From: an uncultured bacterium
Lineage (GTDB): Bacteria > Acidobacteriota > HRBIN11 > JAKEFK01
Assembly: GCA_963777505.1 (NCBI GenBank)
Contig: CAVZQN010000003.1
Location: 638,144-702,143 of the forward strand
Reading direction: 5' to 3'
DNA length: 64,000 nucleotides
The translations under genes were made by a program, and so were the position numbers. This document shows, piece by piece, positions 19,266-29,921 of this stretch (position 1 is its first letter; each line of letters opens with the position of its first letter). A model generated the notes under the pieces. That model saw only the letters and a program-made list of their open reading frames with translations, searched no databases and was not told where the DNA came from.

Positions 19266-19301
19266 TATTGCGCCAAGCACGCATAAGTTATCATTTAAAA
19301 C

Positions 19302-21917
19302 ATGAAAGTGATTGCGACGCACTTAAACGCTGACTTTGACGGGTTCGCTGCGATGATCGGACTTTTGAAGATTTATCCCGACGCAGTACTTGTATTCCCT
19401 GGCTCCAAGGAACCTGGGCTGCGACATTTTCTGCGAGACACCGGGATGGAAATTCCAGAAGTACCTTTGAAAGAAGTGAAAAATGTCAGCGATCTCTTTC
19501 TTGTAGATGCTTCGCGCGAAGATCGTATCGGAGAACTTTCAGAAATATTGAAGCAGAATCCACGGCCAAGAGTTGAAGTCTACGATCATCATCCTGACGA
19601 TCAAGCAACGATTTCAGCCGATGTTTTTCACACAGCATGCGTTGGAGCGACTACAACAATTGTGGTGCATGAGCTAATGCAAAAGAAAACGGACGAGATT
19701 GAACCACTCAGCACCTTTGAAGCAAGCATTTTGCTTGCCGGGATTTATGAAGATACTGCAAATTTTCTATCAACCGGAACAACACCAGAGGACTTCACCG
19801 CAGCATTATGGCTTGTAAAACAAGGTGCAGAAATTCCGATCGTGAATCGTTTGCTAACACATCGATTGCAGCCTGGACAGGTCGATTTTTTTAACGCTCT
19901 TGTTGCGCATTGCGAAACAATACATATCGAAGGAACAAACGTCATCATCAGTATGTTTTCCTGGCCGGAATTTGTGCCGGAAGCTGCATATCTTATTCAC
20001 CGATTAATGGATCTCGAACCAATCGATGTATTTTTTGCGTTGATTTTGATGGATAAGCGTGTTCATTTAATCGCGAGAAGTCAGTTGCCGGATGTGGATG
20101 TTGGACGCATTGCTGCGGCATTTGGAGGCGGCGGTCACAAAATGGCAGCCTCTGCGGTGTTAAAAGGGATGACCGTGATTGAAGCGCGTGAAAAATTGTT
20201 GATTGCACTCACGCAGAATTTAATGCGACGCGAACGCGCGAGCGATTTAATGAAGAAAAACATTATTTCAGTAGACTCCAATAAATTTATTTCTGATGCG
20301 GCTCACCTCATGAATACGTTTCGGGTGAATGCGTTAGCGGTCCGGGAACGTGAGGATGTTATTGGAACGATTTCGCGACAGATTGTGGATGGTGCTGTTT
20401 TTCACGGGCTTCAGGATCGTTCGGTTCGTGAGTTTATGGTAACTGAAATTCCGCTTGTTGCTCCTGATACTTCAGTCGCCAAGATTTTCGAATCTATGAT
20501 CTCTGGACGTACGAGGTTCGTTCTGGTAGGCAATGACCCGGCTCATGTTGAAGGAATTATTACTCGAATGGATTTATTGCGACATCATTATGAACTCAGT
20601 CCTGCGCGGCTTGCGATGCGCAAAGGACGTCAATCAGAAAATCTTGCGCCGATGCTAAGGAAGCGTTTACCACAGCGGATTCTAGAAATGCTTGAAAACT
20701 GTGGTCAGGTTGCAGAAAAAAATGGCATGAAAGCGTTTTTGGTTGGAGGAATGATCCGCGATTTGCTGCTTCATCGCGACAACATGGATCTGGATGTTGT
20801 GATTGAGGGAGACGGTATAAAGTTCGCGGAAGCTTTTGCAGAGCATTTTGGATGTCAAATAGCCGCGCATCGAAGATTTGGAACTGCGCGTCTGATTTTT
20901 CCTGATCGATTCAAAATCGACGTAGCAACTGCTCGCACAGAATCGTATCATGCACCGGCCGCGCTCCCGCAAGTGCATGGCGGCATTTTGCGGCAGGATC
21001 TTTACCGCCGCGATTTCACAATCAATACTCTTGCAATCGATCTTTCGTCAGAAAATTTTGGAACACTCATTGATTATTTCGGCGGTTGGGACGATTTGCA
21101 TCAAGGCGTCATTCGGATCCTGCACAGTTTGAGCTTCATTGATGATCCAACGCGGACACTGCGTGCGATCCGATTTGCTACGCGCTTTAATTTTACAATC
21201 AGCCAGGATACAGAACGTTTGATGCGAAGCGCAGTCGATAGCCGTGTGCTTGAAAGGCTTAGCGGAAAACGCTTGTGGGCTGAGCTTAGAAATTTGCTGC
21301 AAGAAGAGCATCCGATTGCATCAATCCGGATGATGCAACAATACAAACTGCTATCTGCAATTCATCCATCTGTAAATCTCGATTCATTCCTTTTGGATTT
21401 GTTGTACCGCGTTGAAAGCGTTCTTTCATGGTTCAAGTTGAATTTTCCTTCCGAAAAAGTACCTCAATGGTCAATTTATCTAATGGCACTTTTAGAAAAA
21501 CTCAACAGAATGGAGCGCCTTGAGGTCGCAAAACGTTTTCAACTGTTAGCTCGAATTCAGGAAATGCTGAGGTTTTACAAAATCAATACACGCGACACTT
21601 TAGCAAGATTGAAAACAGCAATGAATTCGAGTGCACTCTATTTTTCATTGCGAGAATATCCATTGGAAGTGCTTTTATATGCAATGGCGCGAATCGAAGA
21701 ACAAGAATATACACAGCTTATTGCGACTTACATTCGCGATCTACGCGGAATCAAACTCGAAATCAACGGCGATGATGTCGTAAAGCTCGGCATGAAGCAA
21801 GGTCCAGAAGTCCGCGAACTTCTCGATGATGTTCTCAAAGCCCGCCTGGATGGCAGAGCACCAACCCGTGAGGAACAATTGAAGCTTGCATCAGCCATCT
21901 CTGCATCTTTGCGGTAA
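19302..21917 (+). CDS. DHH-CBS-CBS-tRNA nucleotidyltransferase fusion (CCA/A-adding enzyme)
   Basis: THLNADFD, YDHH, GGGGH, two CBS repeats, VGGMIRD, DLD, DLYRRDFTIN and DDPTR motifs. Confidence 0.92.
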   Translation: MKVIATHLNADFDGFAAMIGLLKIYPDAVLVFPGSKEPGLRHFLRDTGMEIPEVPLKEVKNVSDLFLVDASREDRIGELSEILKQNPRPRVEVYDHHPDDQATISADVFHTACVGATTTIVVHELMQKKTDEIEPLSTFEASILLAGIYEDTANFLSTGTTPEDFTAALWLVKQGAEIPIVNRLLTHRLQPGQVDFFNALVAHCETIHIEGTNVIISMFSWPEFVPEAAYLIHRLMDLEPIDVFFALILMDKRVHLIARSQLPDVDVGRIAAAFGGGGHKMAASAVLKGMTVIEAREKLLIALTQNLMRRERASDLMKKNIISVDSNKFISDAAHLMNTFRVNALAVREREDVIGTISRQIVDGAVFHGLQDRSVREFMVTEIPLVAPDTSVAKIFESMISGRTRFVLVGNDPAHVEGIITRMDLLRHHYELSPARLAMRKGRQSENLAPMLRKRLPQRILEMLENCGQVAEKNGMKAFLVGGMIRDLLLHRDNMDLDVVIEGDGIKFAEAFAEHFGCQIAAHRRFGTARLIFPDRFKIDVATARTESYHAPAALPQVHGGILRQDLYRRDFTINTLAIDLSSENFGTLIDYFGGWDDLHQGVIRILHSLSFIDDPTRTLRAIRFATRFNFTISQDTERLMRSAVDSRVLERLSGKRLWAELRNLLQEEHPIASIRMMQQYKLLSAIHPSVNLDSFLLDLLYRVESVLSWFKLNFPSEKVPQWSIYLMALLEKLNRMERLEVAKRFQLLARIQEMLRFYKINTRDTLARLKTAMNSSALYFSLREYPLEVLLYAMARIEEQEYTQLIATYIRDLRGIKLEINGDDVVKLGMKQGPEVRELLDDVLKARLDGRAPTREEQLKLASAISASLR

Positions 21918-21920
21918 ATC

Positions 21921-22496
21921 ATGAAATTTTTTAAGTCACAGGCAGATTTTCGCAAATGGTTAGAAAAAAACCACGATAAAGTTTCGGAATTACAGGTTGC
22001 TTATTACAAAAAAGATACAGGGAAGAAGAGCATTACTTACCCTGAATCATTGGATGAAGCTCTTTGTTTTGGCTGGATTGACGGAATACGCAAAAGGATT
22101 GATGAGGAAAGTTATACGATCCGTTTTACTCCAAGAAAACTAAAAAGCACATGGAGCAAAGTCAATATCAACCGGATCAACGAACTGCAAGAACTCGGCC
22201 TTGTTACAAAACAAGGTTTAAGATGCTTTGAGGATCGAGATCAAGATCGATCCGGTTATTCCTTGAAGGAAAGACCAACAGAGATTCCACCAAAATATGA
22301 AAAGAGATTTAAAGCCAATAAGAAGGCATGGGAGTTCTTTCAAGCTCAAGCACCATGGTATCGTCGGAATGTAATGTGGTGGGTAACCTCTGCCAAACAA
22401 GAAGAGACGCGTGAAAAACGATTTGCCCAGCTTATTCAAGATTGTTCAAACGAAGTCAGAATTGGCTTGATGGCTCCTGATTCAAAGAAGAAATAA
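21921..22496 (+). CDS. YdeI/OmpD-associated family protein
   Basis: FRKWLEKNH, EALCFGWIDG, FTPRK...WSKVN and SAKQEETREKR motifs. Confidence 0.88.
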   Translation: MKFFKSQADFRKWLEKNHDKVSELQVAYYKKDTGKKSITYPESLDEALCFGWIDGIRKRIDEESYTIRFTPRKLKSTWSKVNINRINELQELGLVTKQGLRCFEDRDQDRSGYSLKERPTEIPPKYEKRFKANKKAWEFFQAQAPWYRRNVMWWVTSAKQEETREKRFAQLIQDCSNEVRIGLMAPDSKKK

Positions 22497-22529
22497 CATG
22501 CAACTGTCCCTCAATACCCACTCGACAAA

Positions 22530-22558
22530 TTGACAGAAATGTCCCATTATGGTAGCGT
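22530..22558 (+). promoter_or_regulatory. Sigma70-type promoter for metK
   Basis: TTGACA-N17-TAGCGT with extended TG. Confidence 0.55.
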
Positions 22559-22646
22559 AACAGCGCGTTTTTTAACTGCGTTTTTCTGAATTTGAGAAGC
22601 TCAAAAGCCCCTCACTTCAAATTATTTTCCCGGAGGATTCTAGAAA

Positions 22647-23819
22647 ATGGCTTACCGAAGACTGTTTAGTTCAGAGTCGGTTACTGAAGGTCATCCTGAC
22701 AAAATTGCCGACCAAATTTCCGATGCAATTCTTGATTCTGTTATGGAACAAGACCCTAAAGGTCGTGTCGCCTGCGAAACGCTCGTTACGACGGGCTGTG
22801 CAGTGATTGCCGGGGAAATTACTACCGATTGTTATGTTGATTTTACGAAAATTGTCCGCGATACGATCCGCGATGTCGGTTATACGCGCGCTAAATTTGG
22901 ATTTGATTGTGATACCTGTGCAGTCATTTCAACTGTTCAGGGACAATCACCTGACATTGCAATGGGCGTTGATACCGGTGGTGCGGGCGATCAAGGAATG
23001 ATGTTTGGCTATAGCTGCCGTGAAACTCCTGAATTGATGCCGATGCCGATCATGATGGCTCATAAGCTTGTGCGCAAAGTTTCTGAATTGCGCCGCTCAG
23101 GTGTTCTTGAGTGGGCGAGACCTGATGGCAAATCCCAGGTCACTGTTGAATATGAAAACGATAAGCCGGTTCGCATCGATGCAATCGTACTATCAATTCA
23201 ACACAGCACCACAGTTGAACAGGCAAAGATCACTGCAGATTTAAAAGAACACGTAATTGCTTCAGTAGTTCCAGCCGAATTTATCGATTCCAATACAAAG
23301 TACTTTATTAATCCAACCGGCCGTTTTGAAATTGGTGGGCCGCACGGAGATACAGGCTTAACCGGCCGTAAAATAATTGTTGATACATATGGTGGAATGG
23401 CTGCTCATGGTGGCGGTGCATTTTCCGGAAAAGATCCCACGAAAGTAGATCGTTCTGCGTGTTACATGGCAAGATACATCGCGAAGAATCTGGTAGCTGC
23501 CGGACTTTGCGATAAAGTTCAAATTCAACTTGCTTATGCAATTGGTGTCGCCGAACCCGTAAGTGTACTCGTTGACACTTTCGGAACAGCAACAATTGAT
23601 GAAAAAAAGCTCAGCGATCTTGTGCGTGATCATTTTAGTTTGACTCCAAAAGGTATTATTGAAGCTCTGCAGTTGCGACGCCCGATCTACAAAAAGACCG
23701 CTGCATTTGGACACTTTGGCAGAACTGAAGATACTTTTTCATGGGAAAAAACAGATAAAGCAGATGCTCTGCGCAATGCTGTCAATCATCTTCACGTGGC
23801 CACAGCAAATACAAAATAG
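22647..23819 (+). CDS. metK: S-adenosylmethionine synthetase
   Basis: [17 protein letters not shown] and [16 protein letters not shown] motifs. Confidence 0.98.
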   Translation: MAYRRLFSSESVTEGHPDKIADQISDAILDSVMEQDPKGRVACETLVTTGCAVIAGEITTDCYVDFTKIVRDTIRDVGYTRAKFGFDCDTCAVISTVQGQSPDIAMGVDTGGAGDQGMMFGYSCRETPELMPMPIMMAHKLVRKVSELRRSGVLEWARPDGKSQVTVEYENDKPVRIDAIVLSIQHSTTVEQAKITADLKEHVIASVVPAEFIDSNTKYFINPTGRFEIGGPHGDTGLTGRKIIVDTYGGMAAHGGGAFSGKDPTKVDRSACYMARYIAKNLVAAGLCDKVQIQLAYAIGVAEPVSVLVDTFGTATIDEKKLSDLVRDHFSLTPKGIIEALQLRRPIYKKTAAFGHFGRTEDTFSWEKTDKADALRNAVNHLHVATANTK

Positions 23820-23860
23820 CCTTTGGGCTCTGCGGTAAATTTCGAACAAGGAAAAAATCA

Positions 23861-25114
23861 ATGGAATATGACGTTAAAGATCTAGGACTGTCTGATAAAG
23901 GTGAATTACGTATTGAATGGGCAAGACAAAATATGCCCGTCCTGATGGCAATTAAAAAGCGATTTGAAAAGGAAAAACCGCTGGAAGGACTTCGTATTGC
24001 CGCTTGCCTTCATGTAACCACTGAAACTGCAAACCTGATGATTGTTCTTAAAGCTGGCGGTGCAGATATTCGATTATGTGCTTCAAACCCGCTATCAACT
24101 CAAGACGATGCCGCATCAGCACTTGTGAAGAATCATGGTATCGGGACATTCGCAATTAAAGGTGAAGACAACGACACATATTATCAGCATATTCTTCAAT
24201 GCCTTTCTCATAAACCTCATTTCACCATGGATGATGGTGCCGACCTTGTGAGCGTTCTTCATACGAAGAAAACGGATTTATTGAAAGATGTTTTCGGCGG
24301 CACCGAAGAAACGACTACAGGAATTATCCGGTTGCGCAGCATGTCAGCAGAAGGCGTCCTGAAATATCCGATCATTGCTGTGAACGATGCGAATACGAAA
24401 CACATGTTTGATAATCGTTACGGAACTGGGCAAAGCACAATTGATGGAATCATACGATCCACAAATGTACTGATTGCCGGACAACGTGTGGTTGTTGCCG
24501 GTTACGGCTGGTGCGGCAAAGGTGTTGCGCAAAGAGCAAAAGGTCTTGGCGCACATGTCATTGTTACTGAGATCGATCCTTTGAAGGCATTGGAAGCCGT
24601 TATGGATGGCTTTGAAGTCATGACCATGAATGAAGCCGCCAAGATTGGAAATATTTTTGTTACTGTTACTGGAAATAAGAGCGTTCTTGCAAAACATCAT
24701 TTTGAAGCCATGAAAAATGGTGCCATTGTTTGTAACTCAGGCCACTTCAATGTTGAAATCGATATACCAGCATTGGAAGGGATGGCTCAATCGCATCGGA
24801 CAATTCGGGATTTTGTTGAAGAATACGTGGTTGGTGATCGCAAAATCTATCTGCTTGCTGAAGGACGTTTAGTGAATCTTTCTGCAGCAGAAGGACATCC
24901 CGCGATGGTTATGGATATGAGCTTTGCGAATCAGGCGTTATCTGCAGAATATTTGCGTCAGAATGCAAAGACATTGCAGAAGCAAGTCTATGTTGTGCCG
25001 GAAAAAATCGACCGTGAGATCGCTCGATTGAAACTTGAAACAATGGAAGTTGATATCGATCGTCTTACAAGCGAACAGGAAAAGTATTTGGCTTCCTGGC
25101 AAGAAGGCACGTAA
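23861..25114 (+). CDS. ahcY: Adenosylhomocysteinase
   Basis: [40 protein letters not shown] and GRLVNL motifs. Confidence 0.97.
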   Translation: MEYDVKDLGLSDKGELRIEWARQNMPVLMAIKKRFEKEKPLEGLRIAACLHVTTETANLMIVLKAGGADIRLCASNPLSTQDDAASALVKNHGIGTFAIKGEDNDTYYQHILQCLSHKPHFTMDDGADLVSVLHTKKTDLLKDVFGGTEETTTGIIRLRSMSAEGVLKYPIIAVNDANTKHMFDNRYGTGQSTIDGIIRSTNVLIAGQRVVVAGYGWCGKGVAQRAKGLGAHVIVTEIDPLKALEAVMDGFEVMTMNEAAKIGNIFVTVTGNKSVLAKHHFEAMKNGAIVCNSGHFNVEIDIPALEGMAQSHRTIRDFVEEYVVGDRKIYLLAEGRLVNLSAAEGHPAMVMDMSFANQALSAEYLRQNAKTLQKQVYVVPEKIDREIARLKLETMEVDIDRLTSEQEKYLASWQEGT

Positions 25115-25123
25115 GAATTTATT

Positions 25124-25193
25124 GTAGGGGCGGGTCTAAGACCCGCCCGCTTCGCCCGCAACTCATTCGGGCGGGTCTTAGACCCGCCCCTAC
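25124..25193. repeat. GTAG-family REP doublet (REPIN)
   Basis: GTAGGGGCGGGTCTAAGACCCGCCCG and its exact inverse, each an internal palindrome, between convergent ahcY and lptFG. Confidence 0.9.
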
Positions 25194-27490
25194 TAGGTCC
25201 TTAGCTTAAACAAAAGATACAACGCCAGAAGTGTCGCTATGATATTGGGCGTCCAGGCGGCAAGAAACGGATTCAGGATTTCCAGATATCCCAGTGATTT
25301 TGTAAGTGCGAGAAAGAACCAGAACACAATTCCCATGACAATACTTAACCCGATTCCAAACAAAGCTCCGCGTTTTCCAGTGGTAAATGAAAACGGAATC
25401 GCAATCAAAGTCAGGATCAGGGAAACGGTTGGGAATGACAGTTTTGCCTGAAGATCGACAGCAAAGCGTACGAAATCAAAACCCCGTTCCTTTATTTTTT
25501 CAACATAATTCTTGAGTTCTGCAAAAGTCATCTCCGATGGCATCTCCTGTTCCGTACGGAAATATTCCGGAGTGACGGGAAGTTTTACAGGCTCAATTCG
25601 AAAAGTGTCATATCGAACGCGATTGCGCTGAAAACTACGTTCCCATCCTTGTTTCAAGAACCACTGGTTGTCACGAAAAGATGCTTCTCTGGCATAAATC
25701 CTCTTTTTCAATGTGAAGGTTTCTTGATCGAGTTGATAAACGGAGAACCCATACATCGTATTGGTCCGCGTATCGAAGACGTCATAGTTATAAAATCCGT
25801 CGGTTCCGCTTAACCAATGGCGCTCAAAAGAAGAAAACATTTGAGCTGGTTCGCCGCGAATTTGTGCGCGATAGTTGTTTGCAATCTTGTTTGTAACTGG
25901 AAGAATGTAATCTTGGAGCCAGTAAGCAATCATGCAGAAAAAAATTGCAACCACAGTAACGGGAAGAGCGATTCGATAAAGGCTGATCCCGCTTGATCTC
26001 ATTGCAATGACTTCACTATTTCTTGTCAACATTCCAAAGGTAACAAGTGTCGTAGTCATTGCACTCACTGGAAGTACCCAGAAAATCCATTGCGGAAAAT
26101 TGAATTTCAAGTATTGAAGCAAGATACTTACGCTTACTTTATTTTTGAACAGATCATCCACAAGTTGAGTTGCTACTATCAGTTCAGCAATCAAAACAAG
26201 GGCGATGATTGTTAAAGCAAAAACTTTGAGAAATTCCGTTACGATGTACTTATCAAGCAATGTAAAGATCCGGAATGGAAATTTCCTGATGCGGATTACA
26301 ACACGGATCCGCCGTTTTTGTTCTGCTTGTTCTTTCGCTGCAGTTCTTTTTCTTCTGGCGCTTGAAATCAATGCTAAAAGTGCATTGCTTAATGCGCCGC
26401 TGCTAGATTGAAGAAATAAAAAAATCCCGAGTGCTCCCAGGGCAATGTTTCCGGCCCAGGCAGCAAGCCAGGCAGGAATTGTGCCTGCATCGCCAAAGCG
26501 TTCACCACCGATTAAGAAAATGTAATAGACGAGAATGATTCCAATACTAATTGCATACGCCGAGGATCTTCCTCCTCGACGCGAACTTACTCCCAGTGCA
26601 ATTGCAAGAAAACCAAACACAATACAAGCGAATGGGATTGCATATTTTTTGTGAACTTCAACTTCCAGATAAGCAGTAGGAAGGCGGCGTTCTTTGTTGT
26701 GTGCAATCGATTTTTTCAACTCTCCGACGGTTTGATCACGATCACTTTTAGGAAGGTCATCTGTAAATTGTCCTGGAATTGGAATCGGGAAAATATTTTG
26801 TAAGAAGTAAACTGAAGTATAGTCTTGAGGCTTTCTCGGGTTTACCTCGTGCCAGCTTCCATTTCTTAATTCAAGTTCGAGTTCATTTTTATCCTTGCGT
26901 GTTTGTACGGTTCCTTCACGAGCAAGAATTAAGCGCGGTTTTTCGGGTGTACTTTCATCATAAATAAAAATTCCTTTCCACTGATTTCCTACCTGGCTCG
27001 GGATATCTTGAACATAAATTACTTTCCCTGGAAAATTATTGTGAAAAACACGCGGCTTCATTTCGCTGGTCGCATTTGTCGTAACAATCTTGTACATGAA
27101 ACGCGCAAACGAATAATTTCCCCAGGGAACTGCAACCTGAATCAAATACAGGCAAATCCCCCAGCTTAGAATCGAGACGACAAGAATCGGGACAGCAATA
27201 CGATAAAGGCTGATTCCAGCAGCCCTCATGACAGTTAATTCACTGTCACTGCTAAGCCGTCCCAGCCCAAGCAAAATTCCGAGAAGGAGGGACATGGGAA
27301 TTGTCAGTACCGTGAGGGCAGGGAGGCTATAGTAAATGATTAGAAAAATGTTGATAAACTCAACGCCGCGAGTTATCAGAATTTCCGCAAGCAATAAGAT
27401 TTGATTCATCAGCATTACGAAAGTAAAAACCATCAAGCCGATGAATACGTTAGGAATGATTTCTTTTACGATATAGCGATCAAGAATCAT
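25193..27490 (-). CDS. Fused LptF-LptG LPS export permease
   Basis: Two tandem YjgP/YjgQ units: LDRYI...RLSSDSELTVMRAAGIS and LDKYI...RNSEVIAMRSSGIS. Confidence 0.92.
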   Translation of the reverse strand: MILDRYIVKEIIPNVFIGLMVFTFVMLMNQILLLAEILITRGVEFINIFLIIYYSLPALTVLTIPMSLLLGILLGLGRLSSDSELTVMRAAGISLYRIAVPILVVSILSWGICLYLIQVAVPWGNYSFARFMYKIVTTNATSEMKPRVFHNNFPGKVIYVQDIPSQVGNQWKGIFIYDESTPEKPRLILAREGTVQTRKDKNELELELRNGSWHEVNPRKPQDYTSVYFLQNIFPIPIPGQFTDDLPKSDRDQTVGELKKSIAHNKERRLPTAYLEVEVHKKYAIPFACIVFGFLAIALGVSSRRGGRSSAYAISIGIILVYYIFLIGGERFGDAGTIPAWLAAWAGNIALGALGIFLFLQSSSGALSNALLALISSARRKRTAAKEQAEQKRRIRVVIRIRKFPFRIFTLLDKYIVTEFLKVFALTIIALVLIAELIVATQLVDDLFKNKVSVSILLQYLKFNFPQWIFWVLPVSAMTTTLVTFGMLTRNSEVIAMRSSGISLYRIALPVTVVAIFFCMIAYWLQDYILPVTNKIANNYRAQIRGEPAQMFSSFERHWLSGTDGFYNYDVFDTRTNTMYGFSVYQLDQETFTLKKRIYAREASFRDNQWFLKQGWERSFQRNRVRYDTFRIEPVKLPVTPEYFRTEQEMPSEMTFAELKNYVEKIKERGFDFVRFAVDLQAKLSFPTVSLILTLIAIPFSFTTGKRGALFGIGLSIVMGIVFWFFLALTKSLGYLEILNPFLAAWTPNIIATLLALYLLFKLRT

Positions 27491-27500
27491 ACAAATTCAA

Positions 27501-27614
27501 CAATCCAATAATCCATTAACCCAATATGTAAGACTTTCAATATCCAATCTTAGTGGAATATCGGAATAATGGAATAATGGATTGTTGGATTTATGGATTA
27601 TTGGATAATGGATA
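27501..27614. repeat. Inverted octamer array (TGGAWTAW)n
   Basis: ATCCAATAATCCATTAACCCAATA pairs with TGTTGGATTTATGGATTATTGGAT; fills the lptFG/GH57 divergent spacer. Confidence 0.75.
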
Positions 27615-27617
27615 ACT

Positions 27618-29807
27618 ATGCTGAAATTAGCAATCGTTTGGCACAATCATCAGCCATATTATAAGAACATCGCAGACGATTCTTATTTATTGCCCTGGGT
27701 CCGGCTGCACGCTATAAAAGATTACTGGGGTATGGTTCGCATTCTTAGAGACTTTCCCGCAATCAAACAGAATTTTAATCTGGTGCCTTCGCTTCTTGAT
27801 CAACTCACTGACTATGCAGATGGCAAAGCGAATGAAGCGATGCTTGAACTTTCACAGGCTCCTGCTTCAAAACTTCGTGAAACCGATAAGAGTTATCTGC
27901 TGCGTTATTTCTTTTATACGAATCTGAACGTAATTGAACGCTTTCCACGATACCTTGAACTGTTGGAAAAACGAGGCATTCATGGAACCGGTGAAGATAT
28001 GGAGAAAGCGCGTTCACGTTTCACCGTTCAAGATTATCTTGATCTTCAGGTATTGCAGAAATTGGCATGGATGGATGAGGAATATTTGAATAATGATCCG
28101 GATGTGTCAAGACTTGTAGATAAAGCTCGCAACTATGATGAACAGGATAAAGTTTTGCTTCGGCAAAAAGAGCTGGAGATTATCCAGAGAGTCATTCCAG
28201 AGTATCAGGAAGCGGTAAAAAGGGGACAGATCGAGGTTTCGGTTTCTGCATATTATCATCCGATCTTGCCGTTACTTGTCAGTTCGCGTTCGGCTCGCGA
28301 ATCGCAGCCGAATATTCAATTGCCCATGTCTGAATTTTCGCATCCTGAAGATGCGCGCGCTCAGATACAAAAAGCGATTGCATATCATCAAAAAATCTTT
28401 GGCGAAGATCCTGTCGGGTTTTGGCCGCCGGAAGGAAGCGTCAGTGAAACCATTCTTCCTTTGCTTGCTGAAGCAGGAATTCGCTGGATCGGCACGGACG
28501 AAGAAATTCTGCTTCACTCGATTGAAAAGGGTCCAGTTCCGGATAAAGCCCGGTGGTGTGCTGACAATCTGTATGCGCCTTACGTGCGTTCCATTGCAGA
28601 CGGCGAAATTTCGATTGTATTCAGGGATCACGTTTTGTCCGATCTGATCGGATTTTCTTATTCACGTGTTTCGGCCGATGATGCAGCCAATGATTTCGTC
28701 AAACGTCTTCATGAACTTGATGCTAGAATGCAACGCCAACCTTCGGATCCACCCCCATTGGTTTCAATCATTCTGGATGGTGAAAACGCGTGGGAATATT
28801 ATCCGAATAATGGACGGGACTTCCTGAAATCTCTTTATAAGAAACTTTCGGAAGATCAGGAAATTCAAACTACAACGGTTCGAGATTACATTTCAGAATT
28901 TCGTGGACGTCCTTTAGAAAGGCTCTATGCAGGATCCTGGATTAATCACAACTTTGCAATTTGGATTGGACATCCTGAAGACAACAAAGGGTGGGAATTC
29001 TTGAAAGAAGCAAGAGATCAAGTTGAATATTCCATGGTGAATGAGCCTCATAAGGCAGCACAAATCGAAAAGGCTTATGAAGAAATCCTGATTGCAGAAG
29101 GAAGCGATTGGTTCTGGTGGTTTGGGGACGATCATTCATCAGAAAATGATCCGGAATTCGATCGCCTTTTTCGACAACATATTACAAACGTTTACCATTT
29201 CCTTGATAAACCCAATCCTGAGCAACTTCTGATCCCTATAAAAGCTCCGCGTCCAGGCAAGCTGATTTATCGTGTGCCGAAAAGATTCGTAAACCCAAAA
29301 CTCGATGGTATGGTCTCAAATTATTTTGAGTGGCTGACTGCGGGACATTACTACGTAGCAGATCAAATCGGTACGATGCATAGATCGGAAACCTTAATCA
29401 AACAGGTTCTGTTCGGCTTCGATCTTGATAATGCGTACTTGCGTGTTGATCCTCAAAGAAATACAGCTGAAGATCTGTTCAAAAAGGGTTTTCAATTCCA
29501 ATTTCTCTTTCTCCCCGATTTTATTTTATCGATCGGCTATAGAGAAGATGGCAGCGTTGGCATCACCATGGAGCACGAACGGGATGATACCTGGTTGATC
29601 GTGGATCATCATTGTGAAGTTGGAATTGGTCAAATACTGGAAGTAAAAGTACCATTTGGGGATCTGAATGTATCATCAGGCAATTCAATCCGTTTTCGTG
29701 TGACGCTTTCAAGAAGCGCAATCGTTTTTGAAGAACACCCCCAATCCGGATCGATCCATTTTAAAGTTCCCGGCCCCCATTTTGAGCTGATGAATTGGGA
29801 GGTTTGA
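27618..29807 (+). CDS. Glycoside hydrolase family 57 (amylopullulanase-like)
   Basis: WHNHQPYY, PWVRLHAIKDY, HPILPLL, WPPEGSVS, ILDGENAWEYY and AEGSDWFWW motifs. Confidence 0.92.
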   Translation: MLKLAIVWHNHQPYYKNIADDSYLLPWVRLHAIKDYWGMVRILRDFPAIKQNFNLVPSLLDQLTDYADGKANEAMLELSQAPASKLRETDKSYLLRYFFYTNLNVIERFPRYLELLEKRGIHGTGEDMEKARSRFTVQDYLDLQVLQKLAWMDEEYLNNDPDVSRLVDKARNYDEQDKVLLRQKELEIIQRVIPEYQEAVKRGQIEVSVSAYYHPILPLLVSSRSARESQPNIQLPMSEFSHPEDARAQIQKAIAYHQKIFGEDPVGFWPPEGSVSETILPLLAEAGIRWIGTDEEILLHSIEKGPVPDKARWCADNLYAPYVRSIADGEISIVFRDHVLSDLIGFSYSRVSADDAANDFVKRLHELDARMQRQPSDPPPLVSIILDGENAWEYYPNNGRDFLKSLYKKLSEDQEIQTTTVRDYISEFRGRPLERLYAGSWINHNFAIWIGHPEDNKGWEFLKEARDQVEYSMVNEPHKAAQIEKAYEEILIAEGSDWFWWFGDDHSSENDPEFDRLFRQHITNVYHFLDKPNPEQLLIPIKAPRPGKLIYRVPKRFVNPKLDGMVSNYFEWLTAGHYYVADQIGTMHRSETLIKQVLFGFDLDNAYLRVDPQRNTAEDLFKKGFQFQFLFLPDFILSIGYREDGSVGITMEHERDDTWLIVDHHCEVGIGQILEVKVPFGDLNVSSGNSIRFRVTLSRSAIVFEEHPQSGSIHFKVPGPHFELMNWEV

Positions 29808-29843
29808 GGCCTGAATTGCAGACCTTGATATCCTCGTAAAGCA

Positions 29844-29873
29844 TTGACAGATCAGGAATTTTCGTGATATAAG
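29844..29873 (+). promoter_or_regulatory. Sigma70-type promoter for the kinase-TonB gene
   Basis: TTGACA-N18-TATAAG with extended TG. Confidence 0.55.
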
Positions 29874-29921
29874 TGGAAAATTCCTCAGGCAAGAGAGATG
29901 GGGTAGGCAGGGGCTCGTTCG

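Noticed and set aside
22560-22646. SAM riboswitch upstream of metK
   Set aside because: No SAM-I/II core motifs; only short hairpins.
25193-27490. LptF-LptG fusion as a novelty
   Set aside because: To my knowledge such fusions are already familiar in Acidobacteriota annotations; useful only as a taxonomic hint.
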